The notes under the pieces: generated by a model
Told to the model about the DNA's origin: nothing
Database searches by the model: none
Seen by the model: the letters and a program-made list of their open reading frames with translations, nothing else
From: Antedon mediterranea
Lineage: Eukaryota > Animalia > Echinodermata
Reading direction: 5' to 3'
NCBI RefSeq assembly: GCF_964355755.1
Contig: NC_092670.1
Coordinates: 19,702,795 to 19,766,794, forward strand
DNA: 64,000 nt
Made by a program: the position numbers and the translations under genes
Shown: piece after piece, positions 20,101 through 30,200 of the stretch
Layout of the letters: every line of letters begins with the position of its first letter
Numbering within the stretch: position 1 is the first letter of the stretch

Positions 20101-22065
20101 TCTGTCAATTTAGGGTTCAACACAAGGTGTTCCAAAGCAACGCTTAAAATCTTCTTGGTTAGTGCAATTCGAATAAACAGTCTCCCTCTGCCCTGGTCAG
20201 TTCGTACCTAAAAGTATCACAAAACAATGAAAATCAGTAGGGAAGTTTTAAAAATGTGTTCTTCAGTATGACAATATAAAAATTAAGAATTACACTCTCT
20301 TTTTGCCACTTGGAAATAATAATTGCATATAAAATTTCATTTTTAAGCAACTTATTATATCATCATATCGACATTGAAATATCAATAAATATTATTAAAT
20401 GGTAGAAAAAACACCTTTAAAAACTTGATAAACACCACAAAAAATGTATATGGTTTGGTCTAAAGTGGGATGTTTCGGCCGGATTGTCCCACCAGAAGTG
20501 GGGCGAATCATCCCGGATTCTTGATGTTATGTAGCCTTTGTAAAGTTTTATATTTTGTTTATCATTATTGTATTACCTTTTGCGAGTTTCTACATTCTTC
20601 TAAAGCAATTGAAAATAATGGATTTAGCCTGCCAATAAAAAAAATATGTTATTAGATAAATAGATGTTTATAAATATTTGTACTCTTCACCCTAAAGCTT
20701 TGTCTACACTATCAAACTTTCTGTGTCAAAAAAATGTGATGTGCCCATATATGGACATGATGATGTCATATCACTACCATATTTAAGCATAGCACTACCA
20801 TATATAGGCACATCAAACTTTTTTGACACATAAAGTTTGATAGTGTAGACAAGGCTTTAGCGGATTAGAATTGGGTGCTTTTCTACAAAATCTGCTGTGT
20901 AACTTATTATTTTTTTAATGGCATGGTTGACCGTGCATCGAATATAGTTTTGGTCATGGTTAACCATGTGTCCAGTTCTCTGTGCCACTAAACAACAGAA
21001 TAAAAGTGCATGGTCCCCTTGCATTAAATTCAAAGTTGACCATGACATAGGAAACAATGATTTCGACGCATGGCCGAATATGACCCAAACTTTACCTTTC
21101 ATTGAATGTGTAATTAGGTAGAGATTCTATCCAACTCCAGTAATCTCTCTTGTAAAGTCCAAACAAGGACCCTGGGTCTGCAAATTATAACAGTCATACT
21201 TTAAATACATACTGCAATTATTATGGGGTTATCCACAATCTCTTTCTACGTGAGGTTGAGAGAGTGAACTATACCGGTCAAATGTTTGATTTTGTTTAAT
21301 ATAAAATCTACTCCAGAATTTTGTATGGACACAGTTGAACATGCTTATTTGATCCAGTGTATTTATTCACTGAAATTGTCTTTATTGAGTACCATATTCT
21401 TCACTCACTATTGCCTAGTAGGGATCTATTTTTATTGGTTAAATACCTTGTCTAGCAGCTCAACTTAATGATGACTGATAAAATAAAAAATAAGCGTAGC
21501 TTCTAGCGGCACTTTCTATAAAAATACCTACCAGAAGTTAATTTGATCACAACCAAAAACATTAAATTTGACTGATATAAATCATTGAATCCATGAAAAA
21601 TGTAGCTAGTCCATTGTGGAGGTTGCTCAGAATATCATTACCTATTCACCCCCTATTCATACATTTGGTATACTTACTTTTAAGACCTTTCCTAAAAATC
21701 TTCTCGAAGCATTCACAAAGATTTCGGAGTTCTAAATGATGATCATTGATTGGCTTGTCCTCGGAACGAAGCTTTAGGATTATGCCTAGTAAAAACAATA
21801 GTGGAAAAATGATACAGTATTGATATTAATTAATGATTATCATTTTTAATGAAAGTTAGTGGCAAATAAAATAGCATATTGCAAGTATAGGCCTGGCCTC
21901 CTACGCCTGTAGATGCAGGACGACAGTCCAGGAGGAGAGGGCGTCAAATGGCGATGGATGTGAATGCGATAACGCTTGACACTTCATTTAGACAGGCCTA
22001 GCTAGCATTTTATTTCAAAACATACCTTTTAACTCAGTGAGCAGTGGATCTTTATTCGATGCCAT
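2140..22065 (-). CDS. RUN-PDZ-PTB(PID) domain protein, 15 coding exons, ~445 aa (gene span)
   Basis: Exons 22026-22065, 21678-21785, 21096-21177, 20577-20628, 20051-20207, 19347-19405, 18761-18910, 17724-17795, 17531-17587, 16578-16744, 15669-15714, 14730-14807, 14083-14225, 13747-13813, 2140-2199. All introns are GT-AG with matching phases, giving 1338 nt open from ATG to TGA. RUN motifs: LCECFEKIFRKGLK, RDYWSWI, QGRGRLFIRIAL, YWY. PDZ-like: KDLGVYV..VASVEAGSVAE..IEVGDVVDEL. PTB-like: YRLKYVG..HSYPEISSCG..CYVF..ILRNIAQGF. Confidence 0.88.
4194..4429 (-). mobile_element. tRNA(Asp-like)-derived SINE, full length
   Basis: Head GGAGTTG..TACCGAGTGG (A box)..GTC..GGTTCAATTCC (B box)..CAACTCC; central CACTCAGCTGTAAATGAGTACC; 11-bp TSD TGCATGCCATA (4183-4193 / 4430-4440). 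Confidence 0.85.
4651..4995 (+). repeat. Diverged direct duplication with ~200-bp period
   Basis: AGACAAAAAG..GTATAT.AAAAATAAAAT.AAGATTTATATTGTAAAGTA..TTATGAAATTAATTAAA at ~4651 and ~4850. Confidence 0.75.
6134..6662 (+). repeat. 23-bp minisatellite (ACTCTACAGCAGGTAGTGCAGTA), ~23 copies, with a 92-bp higher-order repeat
   Basis: Direct reading; the TACCGC variant recurs at 6321, 6413, 6505 and 6597. Confidence 0.92.
8050..8395 (+). repeat. 33/35-bp tandem array (GGGACACCTTAA(AA)GGACAGCAGCCCGACACCAGT), ~10 copies
   Basis: Direct reading. Confidence 0.9.
10953..10987 (-). ncRNA. Hammerhead-ribozyme-like motif in the Penelope 3' pLTR
   Basis: Exact reverse complement of 12421-12455. Confidence 0.5.
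11002..12065 (-). pseudogene. Truncated Penelope RT/GIY-YIG ORF (open frame, N-terminal RT missing)
   Basis: The element's real coding sequence begins at RRYVDD (~12065). The N-terminus of the listed 382-aa ORF is antisense read-through of the inverted copy. Confidence 0.85.
12421..12455 (+). ncRNA. Hammerhead-ribozyme-like motif in the Penelope pLTR (inverted copy)
   Basis: TTGAGAA (U3-A8 variant of CUGANGA) + G + stem II GATCTCT/AGAGATC + GAAA + palindromic AACGTT; stem I is poorly supported. Confidence 0.5.
13747..13813 (-). CDS. RUN-PDZ-PTB gene exon 14 (DTTCTISKNFICYVFYANAEAE)
   Basis: PTB CY/HVF motif; ttttcag / GTAAGT. Confidence 0.87.
14083..14225 (-). CDS. RUN-PDZ-PTB gene exon 13 (PVCLHLGETKV...HSYPEISSCGRR...LAYVAG)
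   Basis: Within ORF 14079..14306; tttcag / GTAAGC. Confidence 0.88.
14347..14477. mobile_element. PIF/Harbinger MITE (AGCTCTGTCTACACTA TIR)
   Basis: TIR AGCTCTGTCTACACTA / TAGTGTAGACAGAGCT; TTA TSD. Confidence 0.82.
14730..14807 (-). CDS. RUN-PDZ-PTB gene exon 12 (DGGTYIIESAITKVMK...)
   Basis: PTB-like helix; ttacag / GTAACA. Confidence 0.83.
15000..15341. mobile_element. MITE with ~40-bp imperfect TIRs
   Basis: TACCCTTCTGACACCTGCA..ACAACTTGTTAACAAA vs reverse complement TACTCTTTTCACATCTGCA..ACAACTTGTAACAAA. Confidence 0.5.
15420..15516 (-). mobile_element. tRNA-derived SINE fragment (second family)
   Basis: TCTAATGGTAGGA A-box-like, TCTGC/GCAGA arm, GTTCAAATC B-box. Related decayed copies at ~1975-2075 and ~47955-48025. 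Confidence 0.55.
15669..15714 (-). CDS. RUN-PDZ-PTB gene exon 11 (TIYRLKYVGNINVGE)
   Basis: PTB-like F/YxVKYLG start motif; ttgcag / GTAAGC. Confidence 0.83.
16578..16744 (-). CDS. RUN-PDZ-PTB gene exon 10 (CYMKNGRVYPPIYERL...ASDG)
   Basis: Open GC-richer linker; ttccag / weak donor GTAGAA (read-through gives an immediate TAG). Confidence 0.8.
16784..16942. mobile_element. PIF/Harbinger MITE, same family
   Basis: TIR AGCTCTGTCTACACTATCAAACTC; TWA flanks. Confidence 0.82.
16958..17440 (+). repeat. Compound tandem repeat (~43-bp x2, 40-bp x2, ~125-bp units) containing TACTGCAGTA palindromes
   Basis: Direct reading. Confidence 0.75.
17531..17587 (-). CDS. RUN-PDZ-PTB gene exon 9 (IPRLIKDHEGWPIYITVVK)
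   Basis: End of PDZ-like region; ttacag / GTTAGT. Confidence 0.83.
17724..17795 (-). CDS. RUN-PDZ-PTB gene exon 8 (NKIEVGDVVDELFGENLHGVSKGK)
   Basis: PDZ GD motif; ttcag / GTAAAC. Confidence 0.87.
17967..18400 (+). mobile_element. CR1-like LINE 3' fragment
   Basis: LPTLAYRR..LIQIF..GHSFKI..RDSFARKAIILWNPLPEDVVSSRSTNQFKSGLEQAW matches the CR1 ORF2 C-terminus; followed by an AT-rich microsatellite tail. Confidence 0.75.
18761..18910 (-). CDS. RUN-PDZ-PTB gene exon 7 (NASFLDETW...VEAGSVAEEN)
   Basis: Overlaps ORF 18701..18898; start of PDZ-like region; ttcag / GTAAGA. Confidence 0.88.
19347..19405 (-). CDS. RUN-PDZ-PTB gene exon 6 (SLMSLLFLITEIKFDLNVK)
   Basis: End of RUN domain (LL..L..I.F.L); catag / GTATGA. 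Confidence 0.85.
19912..19934. other. 23-bp hairpin CAGGGAAGAGT-T-ACTCTTCCCTG with a 7-bp flanking duplication
   Basis: CTAATAC at 19905-19911 and 19935-19941. Confidence 0.75.
20051..20207 (-). CDS. RUN-PDZ-PTB gene exon 5 (VRTDQGRGRLFIRIAL...YWYKPELSIIG)
   Basis: Canonical RUN GRGRxF/WIR motif; ttttag / GTAAGA. Confidence 0.9.
20577..20628 (-). CDS. RUN-PDZ-PTB gene exon 4 (LNPLFSIALEECRNSQK)
   Basis: Acceptor ggcag, donor GTAATA; converts phase 2 to phase 0 as the flanking exons require. Confidence 0.78.
20696..20856. mobile_element. PIF/Harbinger MITE, same family
   Basis: TIR with TGTCTACACTATCAAACTTT; TWA flanks. Confidence 0.8.
21096..21177 (-). CDS. RUN-PDZ-PTB gene exon 3 (PGSLFGLYKRDYWSWIESL...)
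   Basis: Acceptor ttgcag, donor GTAAAG, RUN DYW motif. Confidence 0.87.
21678..21785 (-). CDS. RUN-PDZ-PTB gene exon 2 (IILKLRSED...LCECFEKIFRKGLK)
   Basis: Acceptor ttactag, donor GTAAGT, RUN block A motif. Confidence 0.88.
22026..22065 (-). CDS. RUN-PDZ-PTB gene exon 1 (MASNKDPLLTELK)
   Basis: AAAATGG start context; donor AG|GTATG; phase 1. Confidence 0.8.
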
Positions 22066-22222
22066 TTTTTAAAATCATAAAAAGGATACCTAGCATTGCT
22101 AGCTCAAGTTACTGATAATAGAAAAGGATAATTTTAGGATGCAAGAGCGACTCGACTTCTTCCGCGCGAGATCCTCCGTCGTGTTTATTTTGTTTTAAAC
22201 AATAGCATAGACACTAACCCAG

Positions 22223-23020
22223 TATGGAACGCCTCCTCTGCCTTCAGTTCACATTTATGCAGTACACACCAATAATGCTCATGCATGCAGTACACACCAA
22301 TCGCCATGCAGTACACACCAATGGTCATGCAGTACACACCAATCGTTATGCAGTACACACCAAACATTATGCAGTACACACCAAACATCATGAAGTACAC
22401 ACCAATGGTCATTCAGTACACACCAATCGTCATGCAGTCAAATATTGCGCAGAGCCATATATATAAAGAGTTACGGCATTGCGTTCAAGGATTTTAGAAA
22501 GTCAGAAGTAGTTTGTGACAATAATATATCTGAGGTTGATGCTGATTTAATCAACTCCTGATCAGGCCGACTCTGTAACATGGTTTCAGCAGACAGATGA
22601 GATTGATGATTTTAACATTGATATGTCTGTGAAGTAAGTTGTTTTTAAAACAAACGAAAAATCTAAGTATTGATATTAAAAAGCTTTTCTTTTCTTAATC
22701 CTTTTCTTTCATTATATCATACATACAGTAAAACTTGTTAACTCGTCAAATGAGACGGTACTGGGGTTTGATTCAGGATTGCATGCTTCCAAAAGCAATC
22801 CACTTGTATTATAAAGATACTTTTAGTCACAACCTTTAGATAGCCTTATCATTTTGCAGGTTCTTTGGTTTAATAGTGTCTACATAAAAAGAGATGTTAT
22901 CCCAAATCTGATTGATGCATGACGTTTGGTGTGTACTGCATAAAAATTGATGTGTAATGCATGACTATTGGTGGGTACTGCATGATAAATGTGAACTGAA
23001 GGCGGAGGAGGCGTTCCATA
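22223..23020. mobile_element. Non-autonomous IS3EU-like DNA transposon
   Basis: Termini TATGGAACG...CGTTCCATA; ~36-bp TIR with 1 mismatch that continues into 21-bp subterminal repeats; 6-bp TSD ACCCAG (22217-22222 / 23021-23026). Confidence 0.75.
22256..22440 (+). repeat. 21-bp subterminal tandem repeats (ATGCAGTACACACCAATCGTC-like), ~8 copies
   Basis: Visible periodicity; inverted copies at ~22916-22983. Confidence 0.85.
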
Positions 23021-24022
23021 ACCCAGAGCGTTATCGTCGAAAAATTGAATTGTCGCTCGATAGGCTTTGACTCTTCATCTAGCTAAAGATTATAACATCT
23101 TTGTCTTTAACTAACGTCTATGGAACGTCAAAGGTGTCTTCAGTCAGAAATGATGATCGTTCAATATCGTATCATCATTGTTTTAAACTAATATTAATCA
23201 TACTGTAATACAAAAAATACAGGGTTTAGTTTGAGTTGTAAAAAACAATTTTTTTTTAAATTAATTTTATTCTGTACAAAGAAGAGACTATAATAACATA
23301 CACACTCCACGTTTCTTTAAAAAAAAACAATCCACAGTTCTAATATTCTTTCCATGCTTTTCTGGTCAATGATTGTCACACGAATACTCGACTCAAAACC
23401 TTTAAATTAAAATATCTTTCAGAATGTTCTCTCTTGTATTCCACCATTCCACTCTCTCCCTGTAACCAACCAATACATGGAAACTAATAATAGCTAATAA
23501 GAAGTTTCCCGTCATTTTTGTTAAAATATATTTATCAACATACCCATTAATAACAAAAGGCTTCAGTTCATAACATCAATTACATATTCTCTCTTAGATA
23601 ATTTGTTTTTTTTTTCTAATAAATATTATTTATTAAACATGCTGCAAAATATTATTACATCAAGATTTAGTTTACTGTACTGCAGCGCCATAGCCAGCAT
23701 GAGGCAGACAAGACTCTTGCCTCATCTGAAATTTTTAATTTTCACTAACCATCCTAATTACATCCTAAAAGCAGCGATTGTCATATTTTATAATAATAAT
23801 ATTTAAAGCATCTTTGCCTCGTCTGGTTTTAACCTCTCGCTACAACCTTGCTGTTCCTTTCCATTGTTTTTCTATAGCACACAAGAAAATTTAGAATTCT
23901 ACAAATTGGTACCCTGTGTAATAACTAACATTTCACTAAATTAACATAAATACAATTAAAATGAGAATAAAAGCAGTCTTTTCTTCAAATCACTGCAGTT
24001 GGTATGTTATCAGATTTCATAA

Positions 24023-24127
24023 AGCTCTGTCTACACTAAAAATATGGTACTGATATGACATCATCACTTCATATACAAGCACGTCACAATTTTTTGTCAC
24101 ATAAAATTTGATAGTGTAGACAGAGCT
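24023..24127. mobile_element. PIF/Harbinger MITE, internally shortened copy downstream of the MOSMO stop codon
   Basis: AGCTCTGTCTACACTA TIRs; TAA TSD. Confidence 0.8.
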
Positions 24128-24395
24128 TAAGATTACAGAAGAATTAATTTTGACATAACTCCTTCTTACTTAATTAATAAATTGATAAAATCTTACGTAA
24201 TTAAGTTTATACTGCTGTATATACTGTAGTTTAATGTCAAGAAAGGTTTCAAACATGTATCATTAGATCTTTAGAATTTTTATACAAGCTCATCAACTTT
24301 TTTCCTATAAATAAAATAATATTAAATTATCCCTGTACACTGTATATACATCGAAAGAGTGTCAATTTGAAATGTCATTATGTTAAAAATGTTGG

Positions 24396-24589
24396 TCACA
24401 CATAGAGCATAGGAAGACAGATCTTGCCGGCAAAAAGCAATGAAACAATCGTTAAAAATATTGACATTATGAACATGATATATGACGTTCCGATGGATAC
24501 ACTGTCTGGTAGTTTATATGGTTCACCACCAATTTCTTCCACATAGAATCCTGTTGGAAATATCAATGCAGCTATGCAGAAGACAACCA
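24396..24589 (-). CDS. MOSMO: MOSMO exon 3
   Basis: Acceptor ttccag; ORF 24396..24590 ends at TGA. Confidence 0.93.
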
Positions 24590-25586
24590 CTGGAAGAAAA
24601 AAAAAAGAATATATGGTGTTAATATTTTTGTTGTTGATTTTGTTTGTAAAGACTGAACATTTTTATAGTAATTTATTGAGTGAAGCGGTTTGGAAGGAGA
24701 CAATTGCATTACACTAAAAAAGTACTACAATTAACTCTATCCCAAACATAAGTAGCAACATGTCAAGTCCTTCCCACGCATCTGTTGTGAGGTTCACAGC
24801 TTTTGACCCAACCTCAAGTTTTCACGATGCGCACCTAAAATATCACGCTTTTTCACCAATCAAAAAAGGTTGGAACTGGGGGGTGGGAAACAAATAGGAG
24901 CAAAATCTCAAGCCAGCAGCAACCTCAAACTTGACCATGTATGAAGTAGTTAGTAGATAAAATATTGATGAGATTAAAGTGAATTAACGGCTCACTCACT
25001 TCCAACAAATGCAGTCCACCTGGCAACCTTTAACATCGCGACTTTCTTTAGTGAATACAGTAAAAAGAAACACGTCATTGTGAGACATGCTATTCCAATG
25101 ATGATAAATGTTAAGGTGATCTTCCACTCTGGACACAGACTCGGTGGCATGCATATGGGGCTTCTGCCATATATTGTCTGACACTGCTTAGTTAAGCCAA
25201 ACTTCATATCACCTATGAAAAAGATAACAAAACATGGTCAACATATACAGAACAACTCACAACAGCAGATCAAACTTACTTTACTTACTTACTCAAGTTC
25301 TAGCCCATGTACTACACTAGCCTGGGCTAATTACCACCTGGCCTGTGATAGTCTATCTAGGCCTAGGCCTATTATTACAGAGTCAGGCTTCGGATGCTGA
25401 GAGAGACTTTAGGCCTAGGCCCTAGGCCTAGCCTAGACTAGCTAGGCCTGGTTCATTTGTCAAATTCCTAATCAAATACTCACCGTAATCTTGTGAGATA
25501 ACCCATTCTGGGTTACCTAAACTAGCAAGTGCAAACACGTCTGCAACTATAAACAAAATAGCAGATATAATTACTAATTTATCCAT
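24396..25586 (-). CDS. MOSMO: Modulator of Smoothened (MOSMO/C16orf52) ortholog, 3 exons, 169 aa tetraspan protein
   Basis: Exons 25484-25586, 25000-25212, 24396-24589, all with phase-1 GT-AG introns. MDKLVIISAILFIVADVFALASLGNPEW..CQTIYGR..PEW..AALIFPTGFY..GGEPYKLP..LLFAGKICLP closely follows human MOSMO. Confidence 0.95.
25000..25212 (-). CDS. MOSMO: MOSMO exon 2 (213 nt)
   Basis: catag / GTGAGT; ORF 24992..25207. Confidence 0.93.
25484..25586 (-). CDS. MOSMO: MOSMO exon 1
   Basis: AAAATGG start; donor G|GTGAGT. Confidence 0.93.
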
Positions 25587-26246
25587 TTTTTGTGATGGCT
25601 TCTGCCGCCGAAGACGAGAGAGAGAAGCAGCGTAAAAAAAAAGAAATTTAACAACAAAAAAGAGTTTAGTAGTTGAGGGCGCTGTACATATGGAACGCAA
25701 TCAGCGAATTAAAACACCTAGCAACATTAATTTAATTCAATTTAATATGGTGTTGATGTATAACATTTTTGAGCTGATTTGGTCTTAATATGTTGATTTT
25801 ATTAGTAGAATTAGAATCATAATACTGTATAGTTCCTAATAAATAAGCATACTGTTATGGTTTACGCGCATGATATATTATGTTCCATCCAGGGACCACC
25901 AAAATGTGTAGTTACTTAAGAAATAGAATAATACTACTTACAATATACATATGTACTTTTCACGCTGCTGCTCTAGCCAGCTACATCCCATGAGGACTAC
26001 TCATTCATAAGCTAAAGCCAGCAGCAGTTATAGTATCTAAGGCCGACAGTTTTGCGACTTTGTAAACTCGACTACAATTTATAGATCCCAGCTGCTGGAC
26101 CCAAAAAATATGAGGGCTCACGGTTGAACGATTTTGAATTCTTGCCCTTTGATTGGTTGACGCGAATCAACAGACTGGGAAGAATTTTCGTGAAGTCACG
26201 TTGTCTCTAGAGGGTATTCAGTTGCATGCCAAACGGCTGTTGAGGT

Positions 26247-26265
26247 CACACACACACACACACAC
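26247..26265 (+). repeat. (CA)n microsatellite
   Basis: Direct reading. Confidence 0.85.
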
Positions 26266-26939
26266 AGCACATTAAAGTTCAAAATTGACCATTTTTAAAT
26301 GGGCATGTGAACCACAATTGAAAAACTATCTTTGATTTGTATGTATTTTTGCGATTAAAGGACATCTTTTTAATAATTAAACATAAATATATCTGAAGAA
26401 AGAACAATGATTAATTTTAAAATGTCAAGCAGCGTTTTTTGTAAGAAATATTTCTTGTTTATTCAATAATTTCCAATCAAAAACCTTTACCTTTTTCTTT
26501 GCTCCATTTTTCCAGGTGACATCTCTGTTTTTATATCTTTAGACTTTCTTGTTTTTTTATCAAATATTAATAATGCTTTCAATTATACTGTATATTCAAT
26601 ATTATCTGAAATCTTGTGTCCAACATGATCAGATTGTACAGTCTCCGGGAAAATTTAAATGTATTTTGCTGTAGTTAATTTTACTATTGTCATGTAACTT
26701 TACCAAACCTTTGCTTTCTGTAAGGAACATACTCAGCTTGGAAACATGAAACTGCATGTAATTCTTTCTTTTTGAAAAGAAATATCGACATGTGTGCATT
26801 CTATTTATAGAAAGCTGAAATTTCCAGAAATATTAAAAAACTTTCCTTCTATATTCTCAATCAAAATTTTTTGCTTGCTTGCGTAATTTGTGTAAACTGG
26901 GAATATATCCAGGATATCTTAAGTCTTAGTTTTCTAAAT

Positions 26940-27245
26940 CGTATTTCTAGACACCCATCATCAGATCTTTTTATTTCTAGTTTGTTTGTAAACAGTCATG
27001 GTCCCACTCAATGGAACAAGCTTCCTATTAATATAAAAGAAATCAAACATTTTGTTCAGTTTTAAGAAAGAATTATTTTATTTAAATATGAAACATTTCA
27101 TTTTTATTATATTATTACTGATGTTTCATATTCTCACTTCTTATTATTTTTTGTAACCATGTTAATGGGCCAAGTTTACTTCTAGATTGGTCCTCATTTT
27201 ATGCTTTGTATTATTTGTATGTTATTTGAGGAAATAAATGTTGGT
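26940..27245 (+). mobile_element. L2/CR1-group LINE 3' fragment
   Basis: HGPTQWNKLPINIKEIKHFVQF resembles the ORF2 terminal G..WN.LP..IK..FK motif; ends with AATAAA. Confidence 0.55.
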
Positions 27246-30200
27246 TGAATGTGAGTGACACTCCATACATTACAAATATAAAAACAGACACATAAAATAG
27301 TTGATGTGACAAATGCATTTAATGCAAGCACAGAAGTAATAGATCTACAAATAACGTTGGTATGAGGCGAGGTTTATCCCACGCTCTTCTTCACTATAAT
27401 ACACATACGGGTACATGAATGAATACTGCTTGATTTATGCACAACGAATACAAAAAAAGAAGAAAAACACCACTCAATCATGTAAATTGTGAGGTATTAA
27501 ATAACAATTAGCCTTTAAATATGACATCTTTAAACAACAGAATATAAATAACCAAAAAAGAGTTGATAAACTACATAAACCAAGACTATATCTAATGTAT
27601 ATAAAATAAAATTATGTGCATGACAGTACACTGATGGAAGAAATGTTGCCAAACAAAAAATAAACTAAATAAATCTGTGGATTTTGCAAAAAAACAGATG
27701 GTAAAAGAAATTCTATTGTATCATAATAAATAGAAATATGTTAGCATCCTATTATATTACACTTTGATTCCCCTACCAAAATTATGAGTTGTGGGCATTT
27801 TATACAATAGACACAGACAGAGTAACACTGGTGTTTCTTCATCACAAATTTGGAAAAACACCTTCCACCAGGGAATCATGAGAATACTTAATCTTCTTTA
27901 TCTTCTCTAGTGTTTCAATAAAGTAGTGTAGTGATGGAAAAAACACAATAATTTAGAAAAACAATAGTGAGAACTAAATTAAATATTGTGGTAATAATAT
28001 AACAATAAACAACATAAATACTATTGAATACATGTTAACATGTAAACAAACTATAAAAATAATTTTTAAAAGTATTCAAAATAGTAACTGTAAGCACACA
28101 TTTGTAGTAAATATAATGTCACTTCTCTAAAATATTCCATAGAATGATTGTCTCTATCTATTGTGACCACTAAGCTGGCATAGAGAGCACACATTTTTAG
28201 CAGAAAATATATCGACCCTGGTTTACATGGAACATGGCAAGGCATGAAATTAATGCCAAAATACTTTGGTGAACCCTGGGAAGGAAGATTGTAAATGTGA
28301 TATAACCTTTGACCCAACTGTATTTTTTCAGGGCACCAATCCAATAGTGCCCTTAAACATTTTATTTGACATTGCCTACAAATTGGTCAAATTTTTAACT
28401 CAAGCACACTAGAGAACAAGCTTAGAGTTTCGTAAGAATTCTCTTCGTTTTTATATACACAATACATTATAGCACACACTACTTCAGTATTTTTTGGCAA
28501 TAGCGGTGATGCTAGTCACATGGTCTGGGGATTACACAACTCACTCAAAAAAAGAGCAACTAGTTTTAATCACATTGTTTTGAGTAATGGTTTTCTTTGA
28601 CAAAAACAAGTTAAGACATGTTTACAGAAAACCCGACTCACCTCTGTCTTATCTATTTATGAGGCATGCTATAGTCTAGCGCCACCGCTCTTTAACAGCA
28701 CATCTCTCGTTTATAGGAAAATTGACTAAATATTTCCATGATTAATATTCCCGTTCCTGAATACAAACTTTAAAATTTGTTTTACTTAAGTTAAAAACAC
28801 GTCTTTAAAACGAATGTCAAGTTGTGACATGAGTTGCGTAAAAGTGGTTTCGTCTTAAATTGTATCATTCTAAAATCTACTATCACCAAGGTTTTCCAAA
28901 TAGTACATGATTTAAACACCTCAGTGATATTACTGGGGAAAATTAGCTAAAGAAATAAAATTAAAATTACAAATGTATAATACATAATGCAATTGAAGCT
29001 CCCAACAGAGCTCCCTAACATGATCTTTTAAAATTCTACAATACGTATATGGGTATGATTATCTAAATTTGCAATGATTAATAAATTTAAACCTAATAGT
29101 TTTAGTAGACAAATAGTATACTTTAGAATATAAACTAAACAACAACCCTTAAAATATCTTTCTAATAATAGAAAGTTTAAGTTAGAGCACCTACATATAA
29201 ACTACCTCTAAAAAGTAATGGCAAAGAACGCAGCAAAAAACATAAATAAAATAATTTGGCCCACATATAAAGAAGCCTTTTAACACTAAGCATCTACATG
29301 GGATATATCATGCATAACATTGCACAAAATTTTCCCTTTTTATTTAAAAGCTAAAATATCTTCAGATTAATAGTTGTTTATTTTCTAAATTTATTTTACA
29401 ATAATTTAAATATATTTTGAATCCAAAACATCAAAGGCATTGAGATGAAATGTTTTGAAACATTTTTTTTTTAGTTCGTAATGCAGTTCTAAAATTTACT
29501 AAAAGTCTAGAACAGGTTTGTAATGAACATTAGACATACAAATAAATAGATAAGCAGGTTTTCACAGTTTTCTACTAGCTAGAAACATTTTTTGAAGTTA
29601 ACATAAAAATGTTTCATTTCGGCTATCAGTGCAACAAAACACTAAATAGCATATTTGAAAATGGATCCATCTAGTAGAAAACAAACTTCAACGAAACCAC
29701 ACTGAAGTATCAGAAGATTAACAATTCAAACTGAATTATACTTTGATACATTTAGCATGGTACAGTTTTCCCAAGACTTACACATACATCTCGGATTGCA
29801 GCAAAGCATCTTGGGATACATTTATGTGTCTGGGCAGCCAAAGCACCTTGTGCCTTATGTCATTGCGGACAACTATACAGTTAAATCTTATCTACATCTT
29901 AAAATACTTATAGTTTTTATCATTTAATAATCTACAAATTTAAAAATTATGGAGAAAACACTGTCCAAAAATATATGAATGCTGAATACAGTAATTAAAA
30001 TTTAATTTAAATATTTACTAGTGCCATGATTGTTATTATTATTACAATTATTTAAATGTTAGTCTACATCAATATCATTATCATCACAATTTATCAATTA
30101 AGTAATTTCTATTAAAATCTTATATTTAGGTTTATACAGAATTACAATTTCGATTTCTATTAAATAAGAATTTCAAATAGATTTTCACCTTCTGTTGAAA

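Noticed and set aside
22185-22497. MQYTPI- and AVHTN-repeat ORFs
   Set aside because: Translations of the 21-bp subterminal repeats of a non-autonomous transposon.
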